Assembly: GCF_018350175.1 (NCBI RefSeq)
Contig: NC_058385.1
Coordinates: 76,136,001 to 76,200,000 of the forward strand
Direction: 5' to 3'
Length of the DNA stretch: 64,000 nucleotides
From: Felis catus
Lineage: Eukaryota
The position numbers and the translations under genes are program-made. This document shows, in pieces, positions 47,299 to 59,710 of the stretch. Within the stretch, counting starts at the first letter, position 1. Each line of letters begins with the position of its first letter. A model generated the notes under the pieces. It did not search any database and had not been told where the DNA came from. It saw nothing but the letters and a program-made list of their open reading frames with translations.

Positions 47299-47522
47299 GA
47301 GGTGCCTGTGTGGCTCAGTAAATTAAGCGTCCAACCTCAGCTCAGGTCATGATCTCGCAGTTCGTGGGTTTGAGCCCTGCATCGGGTTCTGTGCTGACAG
47401 CGTAGAGCCTGTTTGGGATTCTCTTTCTCTCCCTCTCTCTCTTCCCTTCCCCCACATGTGGACATGCCCTCTCTCTCTGTCTCAAAATAAATAAATAGAC
47501 TTAAAAAATAAAATAAAATAAA
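47299..47522 (+). mobile_element. Feliform CAN-SINE
   Basis: Head GGTGCCTGTGTGGCTCAG, CT body, (TAAAA)n tail, TSD AAAATACTTAG(A/G)TGTAG. Confidence 0.94.
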
Positions 47523-47689
47523 ATACTTAGGTGTAGCATACAATGGATGCGGAGGCCAGTTGGTTGTGGTGGGTGAGGGTGTGGGTCCATGTTTGCAGGT
47601 CATTGTTATTCATGAAACCCGAGGGAAGTGCTGGGCTTCTCCCGTGTTGGGTCTGCTGAACTGCCAACAGGAGATGCTGAGGAACACCA

Positions 47690-47925
47690 TCTACCTGCCA
47701 TACCCACTTCTAACTCTTGGCCCTGTTCCATTTTGTTTCCACACTTACTGAAACATCGCTGTATATTTATTTGTGTATTTGTTTACCGTTTCCCAACCTG
47801 TCAGACCCGCGTCTGAATTTAAAAGTCATGAGAACAGGACACACATTGGCTTTGTTTAGGGCCACAGGCTCAGAATAGTACCTGCCGCACGGAAGACACC
47901 TGACACTTATCACAAATATCTATTC
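47690..47925 (+). mobile_element. L2a 3' remnant
   Basis: TATTTATTTGTGTATTTGTTTACCGTTTCCC..CATGAGAACAGGAC..GGCTCAGAATAGTACCTGCCGCAC. Confidence 0.6.
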
Positions 47926-49969
47926 CTCTTTATCACAAGAAAAAGGCCTCAGTAAAGTATTGTTAACATTGAAAGCAAGGCAGGAGAAGAGACTAGATGT
48001 ACTTTACCGCCATAGAAACCAGATGTCTGAGAAACACAGAATTCTAGGACTGCGTCTTCACGGAAGCTTCAGGTTTGCAAGTTTTTCAAATGTCACTGTC
48101 TTCACTCCTACATCCCTGACAGGAATCAGAGGAAGCACAGCTCTTGCGGGTCCCACAGGCTTCATGCACCTTCAGCAAGCTCCTTCCGAGATGTGACTCT
48201 CCCCCCCAGCTCACCATGCACAAGGCCTTCGGATACCTGTGGGCCAGCTCAGTGTGGAGGGTGACCCTCAGGCCCAGGAGATTCTGAGATGCTGCCTTGT
48301 TTGAGGACAGTAGAGGAAAGCCTGTAGGGAGCAGCGGAGGCACACAGATGAGCACCTAGCAGGACCCAGGGGGGGCAGGAAGAGGACCAGGGGGGTCTGT
48401 GGGCCCACGCCCCCTGTTCCCTGCATGTGAGTGAGGGATCCACCGGGACCACCCACTCTGAGATGGCAACGGGACTCATCCCGGCAAAGGGACACCGGGC
48501 ACAGTTACTGAAAGACAGGGAAGAATACAAGCGATATCTCGTAAGAGACGTCTTGCTCAGGTGGCATTCTGTTCTGAGCTGCTGTTCAGTCCGGAAGCCC
48601 TGACTTCAGGTGCTCCTCGAACCCCACTCCTCCTGTGACCTCGTCTGACACCTCAACTCAGCCACTCACGCCCAGGGCATACACTGGAACTTTACTCACC
48701 CACGAACTTCCTGGATACATTCCAGCCTCTGACCACCTTCCAGCTCGTTCTTAAATGCCCAATGACAGCAGCTTTTCAGAAGGAACTCTGTTCCATGTGA
48801 ACACATTTCACACCTCACTGGTTTCCTCCTGCCCCTTCTTTCCCGGCTGAAATTGCACACTGATCATCGTAATTCTTCTTACATTTTTGATTTCCTTGTC
48901 CCCCCCCTCCCTTCGCTGTATTCACTTGGAAACAGCATAACTGGTAATGCAGTTATGCCCTTATCCCCCTCACCGGCACCCAGTGGGGTCTGCTTGGAGA
49001 CAATCCCACAGCTGCACTGACTGGTCTTACTTAAATCCATGACCATCGACCTCAGGTGGCCCTTTAGGGACGCCAGGAAACTTCCCCAGTATTTGCATTC
49101 TCCCCTCCTAGCCAATCACCTCACACTTCTCTCTGCCTCAAGCCCAAAGCCCCTCCCCGTTCTCGCTCTCAGTGGACAGTGTGCTCCCCATTCACTGGGA
49201 ATAGTGAGGGTAGGAAGAACTTCCCCAGACACCCCCTCCCCCCACACCTGTCACTTCAGCCGCATCTGCCCACCCAGGAGCCTTCCTCTGGGCTGGTCTT
49301 GGTCCCTCTGGCCCCCAGATTTTTTTTTTCCTGACATTTCCACCGCTGTGCTCTACACAGAGAGGAGCCTGACCTACATCCTGTTTCTCAGGCTCCTGAC
49401 TCCGTGGCTTCCATGTACTTCTGGGCAGGAGGAGGCACCGACTGTTAGGACGCTGAAGCGTAGTGGGAGGGAGTGGCAGGGAGACCTGTGTCTTCCCCTC
49501 TGCCTGGGTGGGGACCCTGCAGTGTCTGTGCCTCCTCTGTGCTCCAGCTGTGGCAGCCCAGGTCCTGGGTGGTTCTCATCTCACTAGTTGTCCCCAGACC
49601 CCAGGCCGTTTCTGCTCTGGGTCCCTCCACCTGGGGGCTTCCCGCTGCGGCTCAAGCAGGGGCCACCTCAGGGTCACCTGCTTGCCTTTTCACCTCTTCC
49701 TTCATCTGTGTAGCTAATTCTCCGCAACAATTCCTGGCGTTGTAAGTGCGCAAAGTGGTCTCTGTTTAAACCCTGAGTGGTTCGGTTCTTGTAACCAGAG
49801 GGAGGTTCACCTTCTAGCCTCTGGAACGGTGTCTTACTCAGGTATCTGAGTACGTAGATCGTAATCTGAAATTGTTCTCAAAACTCATTCTGCTTTTCGA
49901 AGAGATGACCAGTCATGCCATCCAATCAATACCCCCATTCTTTTACAGTACCAAGGGTGGCCTCGATTT

Positions 49970-50650
49970 CTATCATTCTCCCAGGGATGAGACATAGGCT
50001 TTGAACCAATGACAAATGACTGGGGTTGTTTCTCCCAGAACCAGAATGCACCGATCTGAGAAGCAAGGGATGGGATTGGCAGTGACTTTCTCGCTTTTGT
50101 ACTGTATGACCTGCTCCCAGGGTCTCTGTGTCCTGTGCCCTCAACCACCGATCCGGGGGTCTTAATTCCCATTGAGTCCCAGGGAACGATATCTTCCAGA
50201 GGACATAACCTTGCTCTCATTAAACTGGAAGTTGAGATTGCCAAATGGCTGTTTGAGGTTCCTCTTGCCATAAAACCAACAGGCTGAGAAGGGCGTCCCT
50301 CTACTGGATGGGTGGTGGATCCTGATTGGGTGTTTGTTACAAAATGGAGGCAGGGGGCACTCTGGCTGGTGCCCCGGGGATTCACTGGGATGCCTCTATG
50401 AGCTTCCATACCCAGTAGTAAAAATCATTAGCAACCAAGAAAGCAAGGCTCGCTAAAGATTCAGACGTTCAGGGATGAAAATTTGGGCCCACCTTTCTCA
50501 GAGAAGGGCCAGCTGAAGTGTTCGTTGAAGGCAAGGGGCACACAGAATGGGTGTGTTGAAGAAGGAAATGATAAATGTCAACAGCATTTTAGCAACATTA
50601 CAAATGTCAGTACCAACCTGGTGCTCAATTACAGAAACGTGAACCCAAGC
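49970..50650 (+). mobile_element. Decayed ERVL-class internal region (integrase C-terminus, dUTPase, pol tail)
   Basis: Hand translation gives ALNQ*..VSPRTRMHRSEKQG (from 49998), LNWKLRLPNGCLRFLLP*NQQAEKGV (from 50220) and PAEVFVEGKGHTEWV (50509-50553), collinear with recalled HERV-L pol ALNQR..VSPIARIHGSRNQG, LNWKLRLPPGHFGLLLPLSQQAKKGV and PAEVLAEGKGNTEWV; stops and frameshifts present. Confidence 0.85.
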
Positions 50651-51039
50651 AGCTAGGCAGATCTTCACTAGGTATATAATAAGCTTTCTGTGGTACTAGC
50701 TCTTTCCCTTCCCTTCTCCCTACCGTTTTGTGTGAAGATAGTGGTTGATGCTTAACTTTTACAACTCAGTTTTTAAGTCCCCGGACCAGGAGAAGCCATG
50801 TTCAGAGCTGGTGGCCATGACCAGACCTGGGATTGGATGACTGGCAGAACTTTGTGTCCCCCCCCCCACCCCCTCTTATTAGGGAGAACATGAGAGTGCC
50901 TTCTTGTTAAACCAAGTGTTATGCTTCTGTCCAACACAAGGGGAAAATGCTATCATGCGATAGTGAAAAACAGACAGTGTTGAATAACAGCTAGATGGTG
51001 TCAGTCTGAAACCTGTCCCCAGAGGTGGTAAATGGGACT

Positions 51040-51510
51040 TCGGTGGTTCTCTAGCGAATCGTACCTATACCTTGCATGCCCCCCCCCTGAATTTAACCAA
51101 CAGAAGGTGGTGGGTGTGATACGGTACAAAGTCTAGGGACCAACCTGGCACTTCTGTTGTCACCTCTTGGTATCCAGCTGCCACGGAAGAAGTCTGTCTG
51201 TCCCAAGACCACCATGCTGTGAGAAAGTCCAAGTTAGCCGTCCAGGGAGGCCTCATGGAGGAAAACCAAGAGACCCGGAGACAAGGAGAACCAAGGCCCC
51301 CAGGCAGACAGCATTAGCCGGGCTCCCAGCCGCCGTCCAGCTCCGGTCTGCCAGCCAGCTCCTGTCCCAGCTTCAACTTTCTGGCTTAGCAACAAGCTGT
51401 GCTGGCCGGGCTCTGCCCAGGTTGTAGAAGAATGAGCAAGGACGGCGGGTGTGTTTGAAGCCCCAGAATTTGGGGATGCTTTGCTTTACGGCAAGAGATC
51501 ACTGGAATAC
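51040..51510 (+). mobile_element. MLT1 (F/G/H-like) MaLR-type LTR
   Basis: CCACCATGCTGTGAGAAAGTCCAAGTTAGCC..GAGGCCTCATGGAGG and 3' end TTTGAAGCCCCAGAATTTGGGGATGCTTTG..GAGATCACTGGAATAC. Confidence 0.7.
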
Positions 51511-52039
51511 CCAGCTGTGCACTGTTTACAGGAGGGTTTACCCTGCAGGTAAATCTCCCTCTGCATTGTTCAAGTGGAGTCTGACTAATGGTAGCCCTTG
51601 ACAGGAGACGGAGGGGCAGAAGGAAGGGAGAAGCCCGGGACAGCTCTCTGGCACAGGATGCTGCTCTTCTGTGGCTCTAGCTCTTTCCAGAAGGATCTTC
51701 GGCGCTTCCAGTTTGGCCTGGTGAGCCCAGCCCCCGTGACCCATTGCACTGCTTGTCCCCCTTTGTCCCTCCAGCCTGGGGTTGGACACGGCCTCCCGCT
51801 GTTGCTGATTATGGATCCTGCGTTCCCAGCTCTCCGGGCAGCGGTGTGATGAATGCCCATGTTAGATCTCTTTGTGGAAAATAACCAGTTTCTATTTTCT
51901 TACGTTGATTCTGATGGGTGTTCCACAGATTAGAAGGAATAAACCCTCTGTGTTCTCTTCTACATGCTCATTCTTTTGCTCTGCTCTCCAGGCCCCGTGG
52001 GAGGGCAAACACACCTTCTCCCCAATCACTAGCCCCTCT

Positions 52040-52483
52040 CACCGCTCTGACACATCTCTGGCACACTCTCCTGCACTCTTACTTTGCCTCAGGGCCTTTG
52101 CACTGGCTGTTCTCTCCACCAGCTCCATGCTCTTCCCTCACACGTGTGGGCCTGTCCTGCCCCCTCCTCCAATCTCCTGTTCAGAAATCACCTTCTCACA
52201 GAGGCCCTCTCAGTTCCTATGTAAAAAAAAAAAAAATCACCCCTATATGGCTGGCTCTCCTAGTCCCCCTTATCCTGTTTGGTTTTTTTTCTATAGAGCT
52301 TATGGTCTTTGAACATACTAGGCAATTTTGTTACTTTTCATGTTCCCTTTTCATTGTCCTCCTTCCATATCAGCTTCCATGAAGGCAGAAACTCATTTGC
52401 CTTTAGTCAGTGCTTGGTACCAAGTCCCTTGAACGGGGCTGGCAGGTGGTAGGTGTTGAGTAAACGGTTTACTGAATAAACAG
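52040..52483 (+). mobile_element. L2a 3' end
   Basis: CCTCAGGGCCTTTGCACTGGCTGTTCTCTCC..TCACCTTCTCACAGAGGCC..CTTCCATGAAGGCAG..TTACTGAATAAA. Confidence 0.85.
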
Positions 52484-53199
52484 ATCTGATGCAGAACCTG
52501 AAGGTCCAAGGCACAAAAAGCTGAATGTCTCTGGCGCCAGCAGAGGAAAGGGCTGTGACCCCGGCGGGGGTGGGGGGTGGGGGGTGTGAGGTTCTCTTTA
52601 GCATCTAAAGAACACAGCCTAAACAGACAGACAGCCTCAGGGGACCCTGACAGCCTCAGATTGCGTCGCTTACTTACCTAGGGCAGGCTGGGTGACTTGT
52701 GACTGATCTGTTACAAAGTTTGTTTTACAAATACTTGCAAAGCTTCTCCCCAGTTTCCACAGGGGCCATCCCCAGAGAAGGTTTGGTGGGCAAATAGAAA
52801 CAGAGAAACAAGCACGTTTCCTTTCTTCTTCTTTCTCAGAGCCTTTTAATGTCCTCATGAAGGATGTGAAGTTCCAGGAAAGACTGAGAATTTTTCCAAA
52901 CTTACTTGACCCACAGGACCCTTTTTCCATGGAACGTCTGCAAAGACACACTTTGGGAAATGTAGGCATCAGCCTCCAACTTGTTCCTGTGATCATTTTA
53001 ATCACCATAACTATTTCACTCACAACTCGTATCTCGAATGCTAACACAGTTCGTCACTCTACATTAATAGCAAATCTTCATTCATAGGCTCTTAATCAAT
53101 TAACCATTAATTATAACATGATTAACTGTAGGTTACCCTTGGCCCTCGTTCATTACATTTCCATCCTGAGAAGAGGTCAGGAAGGTAAACCTGTAGGTT

Positions 53200-53390
53200 G
53201 AAACAGCGATGGGATTCCAACGACAGCCCGGACCGACCCTGGCTTTGTCACACAGGTGTGTGGTTTGGGACAAGTAACGAAATTTCGAAGCCTCGGGTTT
53301 TTTTTTTTTTTTTTTTGTTAACGGAGCTGCTTCGATCGAATCTGAGGGTTCAAGCTAACACGGTCCCTTGGATATATGGCAACGAGGGAA
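53200..53390 (+). mobile_element. MIR remnant with poly-T expansion and many CpGs
   Basis: CCCTGGCTTTGTCAC..TGTGTGGTTTGGGACAAGTAAC..AGCCTCGGGTTT follows MIR order. Confidence 0.5.
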
Positions 53391-55469
53391 CGGACCATGC
53401 TTCCCAATCCCCACCCCACGTAGCTCTGCTACCTTTATCAGTTGACATGCCCTGTTCAGTACCCGCCAGCCTCTGTCCTAACAGCCCCTGCCCTCCCGCC
53501 CACAAACATCAGTGACAAATGCTCCGAAGAAATCAACCAGTGATGAGGTGGAGAATGACTGGGGATGCTTTATTCTATGATGTTTCTAGTACACACAGAA
53601 GCGCACCACACGCGTGCGTGTCTGTGTGTGCACGGGTGTGTGGGAGTGTGTCTGTGTGTGTCAGGACCGAAAAAACACTCTGTTGCAAGAACTTAAAATG
53701 CGTGCAAGGGACCAGGCCGGCAGGCTGAAGGAGCGGAGAGAAAGGAAAGGTGATTTTTTTTCCTAAGGAAGGTTGCTAAGTCAAGCAGCTCACGGGGTGT
53801 CCTCTCTTCAGCCAGAGTATTTCCATCTATAATGAGAAGCAGGTTCCCAAAGGTTGAGAGTGAGTCAACAGCCCAGAGATAGAATGTCAGTTGGATCTGC
53901 TCGGTTGTTTGGAGTTCAGACTGGAAAAGAGGCAAGATCGTTTCCTTCTCCCAACACTTCCTAGAGTTCCTGAAAAAGCAGAGACTGGTTTAACGTCCTC
54001 ACACTCGGTCTGGTCCAGGTGGGTCCACCAATGGCCCACGACTCAGTGGGGGAGACCGCTTGACTTGAGGCAGGGCAACCTGAATCCTGTAGGTGACCAA
54101 ATACATCTAGAGACAAGAATCCAACACTGTATATTACATGCACATTTCTGGAGATTATGGACGATGCTTCCAGAAATGTTAACTCTAAGCGTGTAGATGA
54201 AATGGCCTCAAATGGAGACTTATCCAAGCTCCCTTTTCAAAATCCTGATGAGGTTTCTGGCCAAGGAAGAAGGGAACCAAGGATGGAAGAAAGGTGAGCT
54301 GTCTTCCCTGAGCACCAGGACTTGAGGAGAGACTCGGAGTCGAAATTCTTAAAATGTGCCATAAATCGAAGCCAGGGAAATCAATCTCAGTATAACAGGC
54401 AAGTGCAGGGTCATGAACCTGAACCCCTTGACAAATGGGAATGGGAGAAATAATGCAACAAATTGAGGCGGGTCCTTGAGACAAGACCTGGGCCTCCCAC
54501 TAGTTTCCCTCGTGACCTCTGGCAAGTCCTTTCCCCAAGCTGGGCTTCCGTTTGCCCCTTTGTAGAGTTGGTACGAGATAAAATATGGTTGATGCTTGGC
54601 ACGGGTTCTTCCATTCGTCCTCTTGTTGCAAAGACAGGCATTGTTGTTCAGTCAGAGCAGTCTTTCTCACCAAGCCCAGGTGGCAACCTTTCTCCATACT
54701 GCGCTCCAAGGAACCATGACAGAAATAGACGGGGGATCGCTGAATCAATAATATCAAAAATTCCTTCCAGTGCAAATATGCTTTGTAATTCTATGAAAAA
54801 TAGGCTTTTTGGCATGAAGTGTTTTAGTCATTGTGTTTCCGCCTCACTATATTAGTGCCAGCTCCGTAGGCTTCCTTCCAGCTTTGAATCGCTACCCTGG
54901 ATGACCCACCGTGTGCCACACATCTCAAGATATTTGCACCTGAAGGTCACCTGTAACCTGAAGTCCTCGATGCCGAGAGCAATCTTCCTGATGGAGAATA
55001 CATTATGAAGGCAAAGTTGTACGTGCCGACAGGCATCTTAATGACTAAATCTTGGCCCCTTTTACAACCAAACATGTTTTTAATTGGACTTCCTTAGAGA
55101 CCACCTCCTCTGTGGTGTCTTGAGGAATGTTCTTGCCTGGCATCCTTGTGTGAAGGGCACTTCACAACTTTCAGTGCTAATTATCCTCTGGGGGAAAGAG
55201 GAGAGAGACCCCGGTCAGCAGCTGGTTCCATAATCTAGGTCAACTCTCCGGAGTTGGTCTTTTGTTATTTGAATTTCCTTAAGCTCGTTATCAGAAGGAA
55301 CCTGTAAACTCTTGATTAACTGGGCTCTCACTGAACACAACACTCAATTTCCAGTAAACTTTTCAAAGCCCTCCTCACAGAAGGCAAGAGGCGAATAATA
55401 GCAAAACAAGGTGATATGACGGAACTCCGAAGAATAAACGATGCCTAAGGAAAAGGCATGTATCACCTT

Positions 55470-55800
55470 ATGGCAGTTGTTGTATTGTTGTGTGATTTTT
55501 TGGTTTTGCTTATTGAAAACATCAGCCATGTTCTTCCCCCATGCGTCTGTGGGTCAGGAGTTCAGGCCAGGCTCAGAGGTGATGGTTCATCTCTGCTCCA
55601 CACGGTGTTGGCTCAGCAATTCGACTGGGGATGGAGCATCCAAGATGGCCTCTCTCACGTGTCTGGGGTCCTGGTCTGGCTATTAGTTGGGAGCCTTGTT
55701 TCATCTCTACCAGGCATCTCTTTCTCTCTAGATGGTCCCTTATAAGTCAGGAATCTAGAGCAAGCTCTTTGTGTGGCGGCTGGCTTCTAATCTCAAAGCT
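55470..55800 (-). mobile_element. MLT1 (F/H/J-like) MaLR LTR remnant
   Basis: TCTGTGGGTCAGGAGTTCAGGCCAGGCTCAG..CTCTGCTCCAC..CATCCAAGATGGCCTCTCTCACGTGTCTGG. Confidence 0.75.
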
Positions 55801-58800
55801 TGCATTTGATGCTCCCTGAAACATTGGTCTGAGGAGAACCACCAAGAAGTTGTGGACACCAATAATAGGAGCAAGGGAAAAGAGTCTTTGGTTCTTACTC
55901 CTACCAATGGAATCTGATGACTCCCACCTCTCAGGCTTCTTCCGGTTCAGAGATTCAGAGTACGTAGGTGCTCAGAATGGGAAAACAATGAGTAACCCTC
56001 ATTAATTTGCTTTCTTGGTGGATTGTGAGAACAGAAGTCTCCATGTGTCTCTGTGTGAGGTCTCTAAACTCCTCCCTGGCACATAGCGTCAGGGAGCATA
56101 AACCATAGGTCAGTTGGATGCCCATCCTTCAAGTCCTCTGCCCACATGGACTGTCTCACAGTTTATTTCATTACCCACCTGGCTGCAGGCATCAGCTGTT
56201 CAATTCCCCCCAAAGAATCCACCTGTACCAAAGCATTAGCGAGTGATGTGGATTAACTGACAGTTCCAGAATGGAGAACATTCACATAGCACCACCCTCA
56301 GCAAAATTCAGAAAAAATATATATCCCCTGTTAGACGTTTATCTTTCCCAAGTTCTTCCCTCCTCCACAGGATCCCTGGGGGTTCTTTCCCTTCTTCCCT
56401 GTCTTGTCCTGCTACCCCCGGCTCCTGGAGTCCCATCACGTCTCTGCCACAAGTTACCAGATCCTTCAACTTTATCTTGCCTCTGTCATACAAACAGGGC
56501 AGTTCTTTTCTCTTAAATCCTTTGCATTTCTCAGTAAAAATTTCTTCTTTTCCGTTTTGAGAGCTCAGGCCATGAAAACCACAGAAAAGTGGAGACGATT
56601 CTAATGCAATCCTACCCACCCATTCCATCACTGGAGCCACCATCATCACGACCAAAACCACAACATGCCGTGACACCTGAAGTCTGTTCGGTGGCCTAGT
56701 TTTGTTCCTCAACAATTTCAGAGAACCTTACACTGTGTCAGACTCCCTGCCAGTGGCTCATACAAGGGCAAATGGTGCACGTCTACATGGATCCCACATT
56801 CGGGTGCATGAAATCAGATGATTTGAGAGCACACGTAGGCAAAAAGATGCATCGATGGACTTCAATGGTAGGAAAGAGCTAGAACACTGTGACAGGAAGT
56901 AGGAGAAACTTTCTTAGATGAGGGGGGTGAGGAAGGGCTTCAGGCAGGTGGGCTGTTTAGGCTGAGATCCAAAGGATGGAAAGAAGGATCCCTTCTTTTG
57001 CCAAACTCTTGCCTTCATCTTGCCATCTTCTCGCTCTCAATGGAACAAGCCCACGGGATGTTCAGTAAAAACACATCAGCCTGAAAGCCTTTAATCTGGG
57101 AAAGACCTTGGCATGGTCTAGGGAGAGTGGAATAGAGGGAGGGCGGGCCAGGTGCGCCTCCAGGGTTCAGTCAGGGCAGTAGAGCTCCCGCCAATGTCAC
57201 GGAAATAAGGATTGGTTGCATGATTCAGCCCTGAAACACATGTGGGAGGCACTGGGAAGTGACTGCTTAGAAGGAGAAAGCTGAAGGACCAGAGAACCGG
57301 TCACAGAAGCCACAGGCAAGGTGGACATGTCAGAGCTGGCGGGGAAGCCCAAGTCACGAGCCCACCAGGCCTCTAATGGGAACGCCGAAGGGGGAGCTGG
57401 GGACAGGTACCTGGGACCTGCCACCTCTGGGGACCCACTGAATTGGTTTAACTGCTGTCCCCTGTGGAGTTGCCTGAGTCCCCAGGTTGCGGTCAGCAGC
57501 TGGGAAGATGATGCAGGCCCGTTCAATTGCCAGCAGCTACTGTGTGTCTGTTCATTGCCAGGTACGACCACGACCGCCTCCTGAGAGTCATAACTGCTTT
57601 CCTTCCGCCCTCAACTTCTCGCAGTGCCGCTCAAGCCAGATCCCCGGGGCAAAGGGCGTTCTGGAAAACACAGCTTCTGCTACTCCAGGCAAGGGTTTTG
57701 ATTTCCTTCTCAGGGGCAGGAAGGCCCATTGACCTTTAGGGCTCTGAAGCCTCTCATGGAAAACATCAGTCCTTCCCCCCACGTACCTGATCTCCTTTGT
57801 TGTTTCTCTGCTCCCACGTTCCTTCTATACTCGATTGTTACCAGCAAAGTTCCCAAGCCCAAATCCCTCAAGTGTCCTTTTTCAGGGAGACAACCCATAT
57901 GTCATACATTCTCCTCTGGGGCATTTAAGTTCCCCTCTGCAGTCACAGAGGCCAGTGGACGTATGCCATGCCCCCTCCCTCCCGCTCAGAGACTCAGGGG
58001 CTCAGAGGCCAGGGGATTCGAGAAGACAGACTTTGTCGACTTGAGTCAGGACATCAGTGTTCTGGCCTCTAAGGGGCGAGCAGGGGCAAGTTACCTGGCT
58101 GAGCCACGATCCCTCCACCTAAAGAAGGTTCTAGCAATCCCTACCTCAGAGAATTGTTGAGGGGTTCAGTTTGAAAGTTCATTCTAAGTACATGGCATAT
58201 ATGCAAAATGTTTTATCCATAGCAAGTGCTCAGCTTATGTTCATTCACATCCCCACCCCCTACCCCCCACCCCCCCCACCCCCGCCGCTGTTGTGCTGCA
58301 GGGGCTAACGTTAATACAACTTGGGGGTCAGTCATGGCCCCATTGACATCACTTACACCTATTTCTGTTTATCATACACCCCCGATATTGTAGCCGCTAG
58401 CCAGCTTCTAGGCAGGATGAACCAATTCTTTCATTTCTCACCCTTTCCCAGTGTGGCAACACAATTGGCTTCTGCAACCTCAAAACAGGCATTATAATAG
58501 TGGTACCTAACTCAGGTTCCTGAAAAGACTGAATAGATAATGTATGAAAAGGGCTTAGAGCAAAGCCTATCTAGCTCAAGGCGAGAACTCAGGGAACGTG
58601 AGCTATTGTTATTACTACAACAGTTGTTACCAGGTGCATTCTTGTCTCAAAGGTACTGGGTCAAGTCCCTGAGGTGTAGGTGGGGAGCACCCAGCACGAT
58701 GCTGGATCACAAAGGTCCCTCTTCTCACGCAGTGAGTCCAATTAGGAGGGAAGGCCAAATATCTTAGTTGTTTCCTCTAGGAGAACTCTAAGCCCACCAG

Positions 58801-59039
58801 GGCACCCCGGAGAGCTCAATGAAGGGGACTTTTTGTGTTTCCCTGTGATCTGAAACTCCGGATCCACTTACATAGGGCAGATTGTCAATTTCAAGCTCCA
58901 TTAAAGAGTCTTCCCAGAAGTCCTCTATGTCCTCATGTAAACAGCCCAGAAATGTTAGCCAGAAAGACCCATCATGGTCCCTTTCTAGGATTCTCTGAGA
59001 TATTTATAATTACCTTTCCAAATGCATATGCCTTGTTTC

Positions 59040-59190
59040 AACAACAGCAATAACGATGTCCGATATTTATTGAGCATTTACTATATGGCTGACACTACGT
59101 TCAGTGCATTAGACGCATTGTGTCTTTTATCTTCACACTGGCCAATGAGGTAGAAGCTGTTATATCAGTCTTGTAGAGGATGAGACCGGG
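59040..59190 (-). mobile_element. MIR remnant
   Basis: TATTTATTGAGCATTTACTATATGGCTGACACT..CAGTGCATT..AATGAGGTAG. Confidence 0.7.
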
Positions 59191-59529
59191 ATGTGTATCT
59201 AAACATTATTCAAACACTGGCTACTTGGCAGTCTGCAATAATCTAGACCACTTTGAGCTACCTGCATACAACATACAAACAGAAATGGTGGCCAAACTGT
59301 AATAATTTGAAAAGCAAAAACACGTGCACATAGCTTCGTTTTCAAGTTACGAGAATCACCAAGTGCCAGAAACAAAGAGAGAATTGAAAGCCAGAGTGGT
59401 GAAGTGTAAAATCTCAAACCATGGAAACCCTGGTGGGTAGGGGACAGTATTGTAGGTAGAAAAATGCCCGTATGTTCGTAGGCTTAGATTCCAATCTCAT
59501 CTAGGCACAGGAGGTAAGTCCTGGAGTCC

Positions 59530-59710
59530 AGAGACCAAACATATGAAAGAAACGTAAGGAGACACATTGCATGGAATGACAAAATCCATCCTTTAACTGC
59601 TAGGGATTGTAGAAATAGAATACGGCGGGATTGGGGGAAAGGCAATGTTTAAAGATATAACTGTGAACTTTCCAGAGTGGATAAGACACAAATTCCCAGA
59701 ACATAAATCC
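59530..59710 (+). mobile_element. Ancient L1M/HAL1 ORF1 remnant
   Basis: From 59600 translates LGIVEIEYGGIGGKAMFKDITVNFPE, resembling L1 ORF1p IIGVPEGEE..EKIFEEIMAENFP. Confidence 0.55.
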
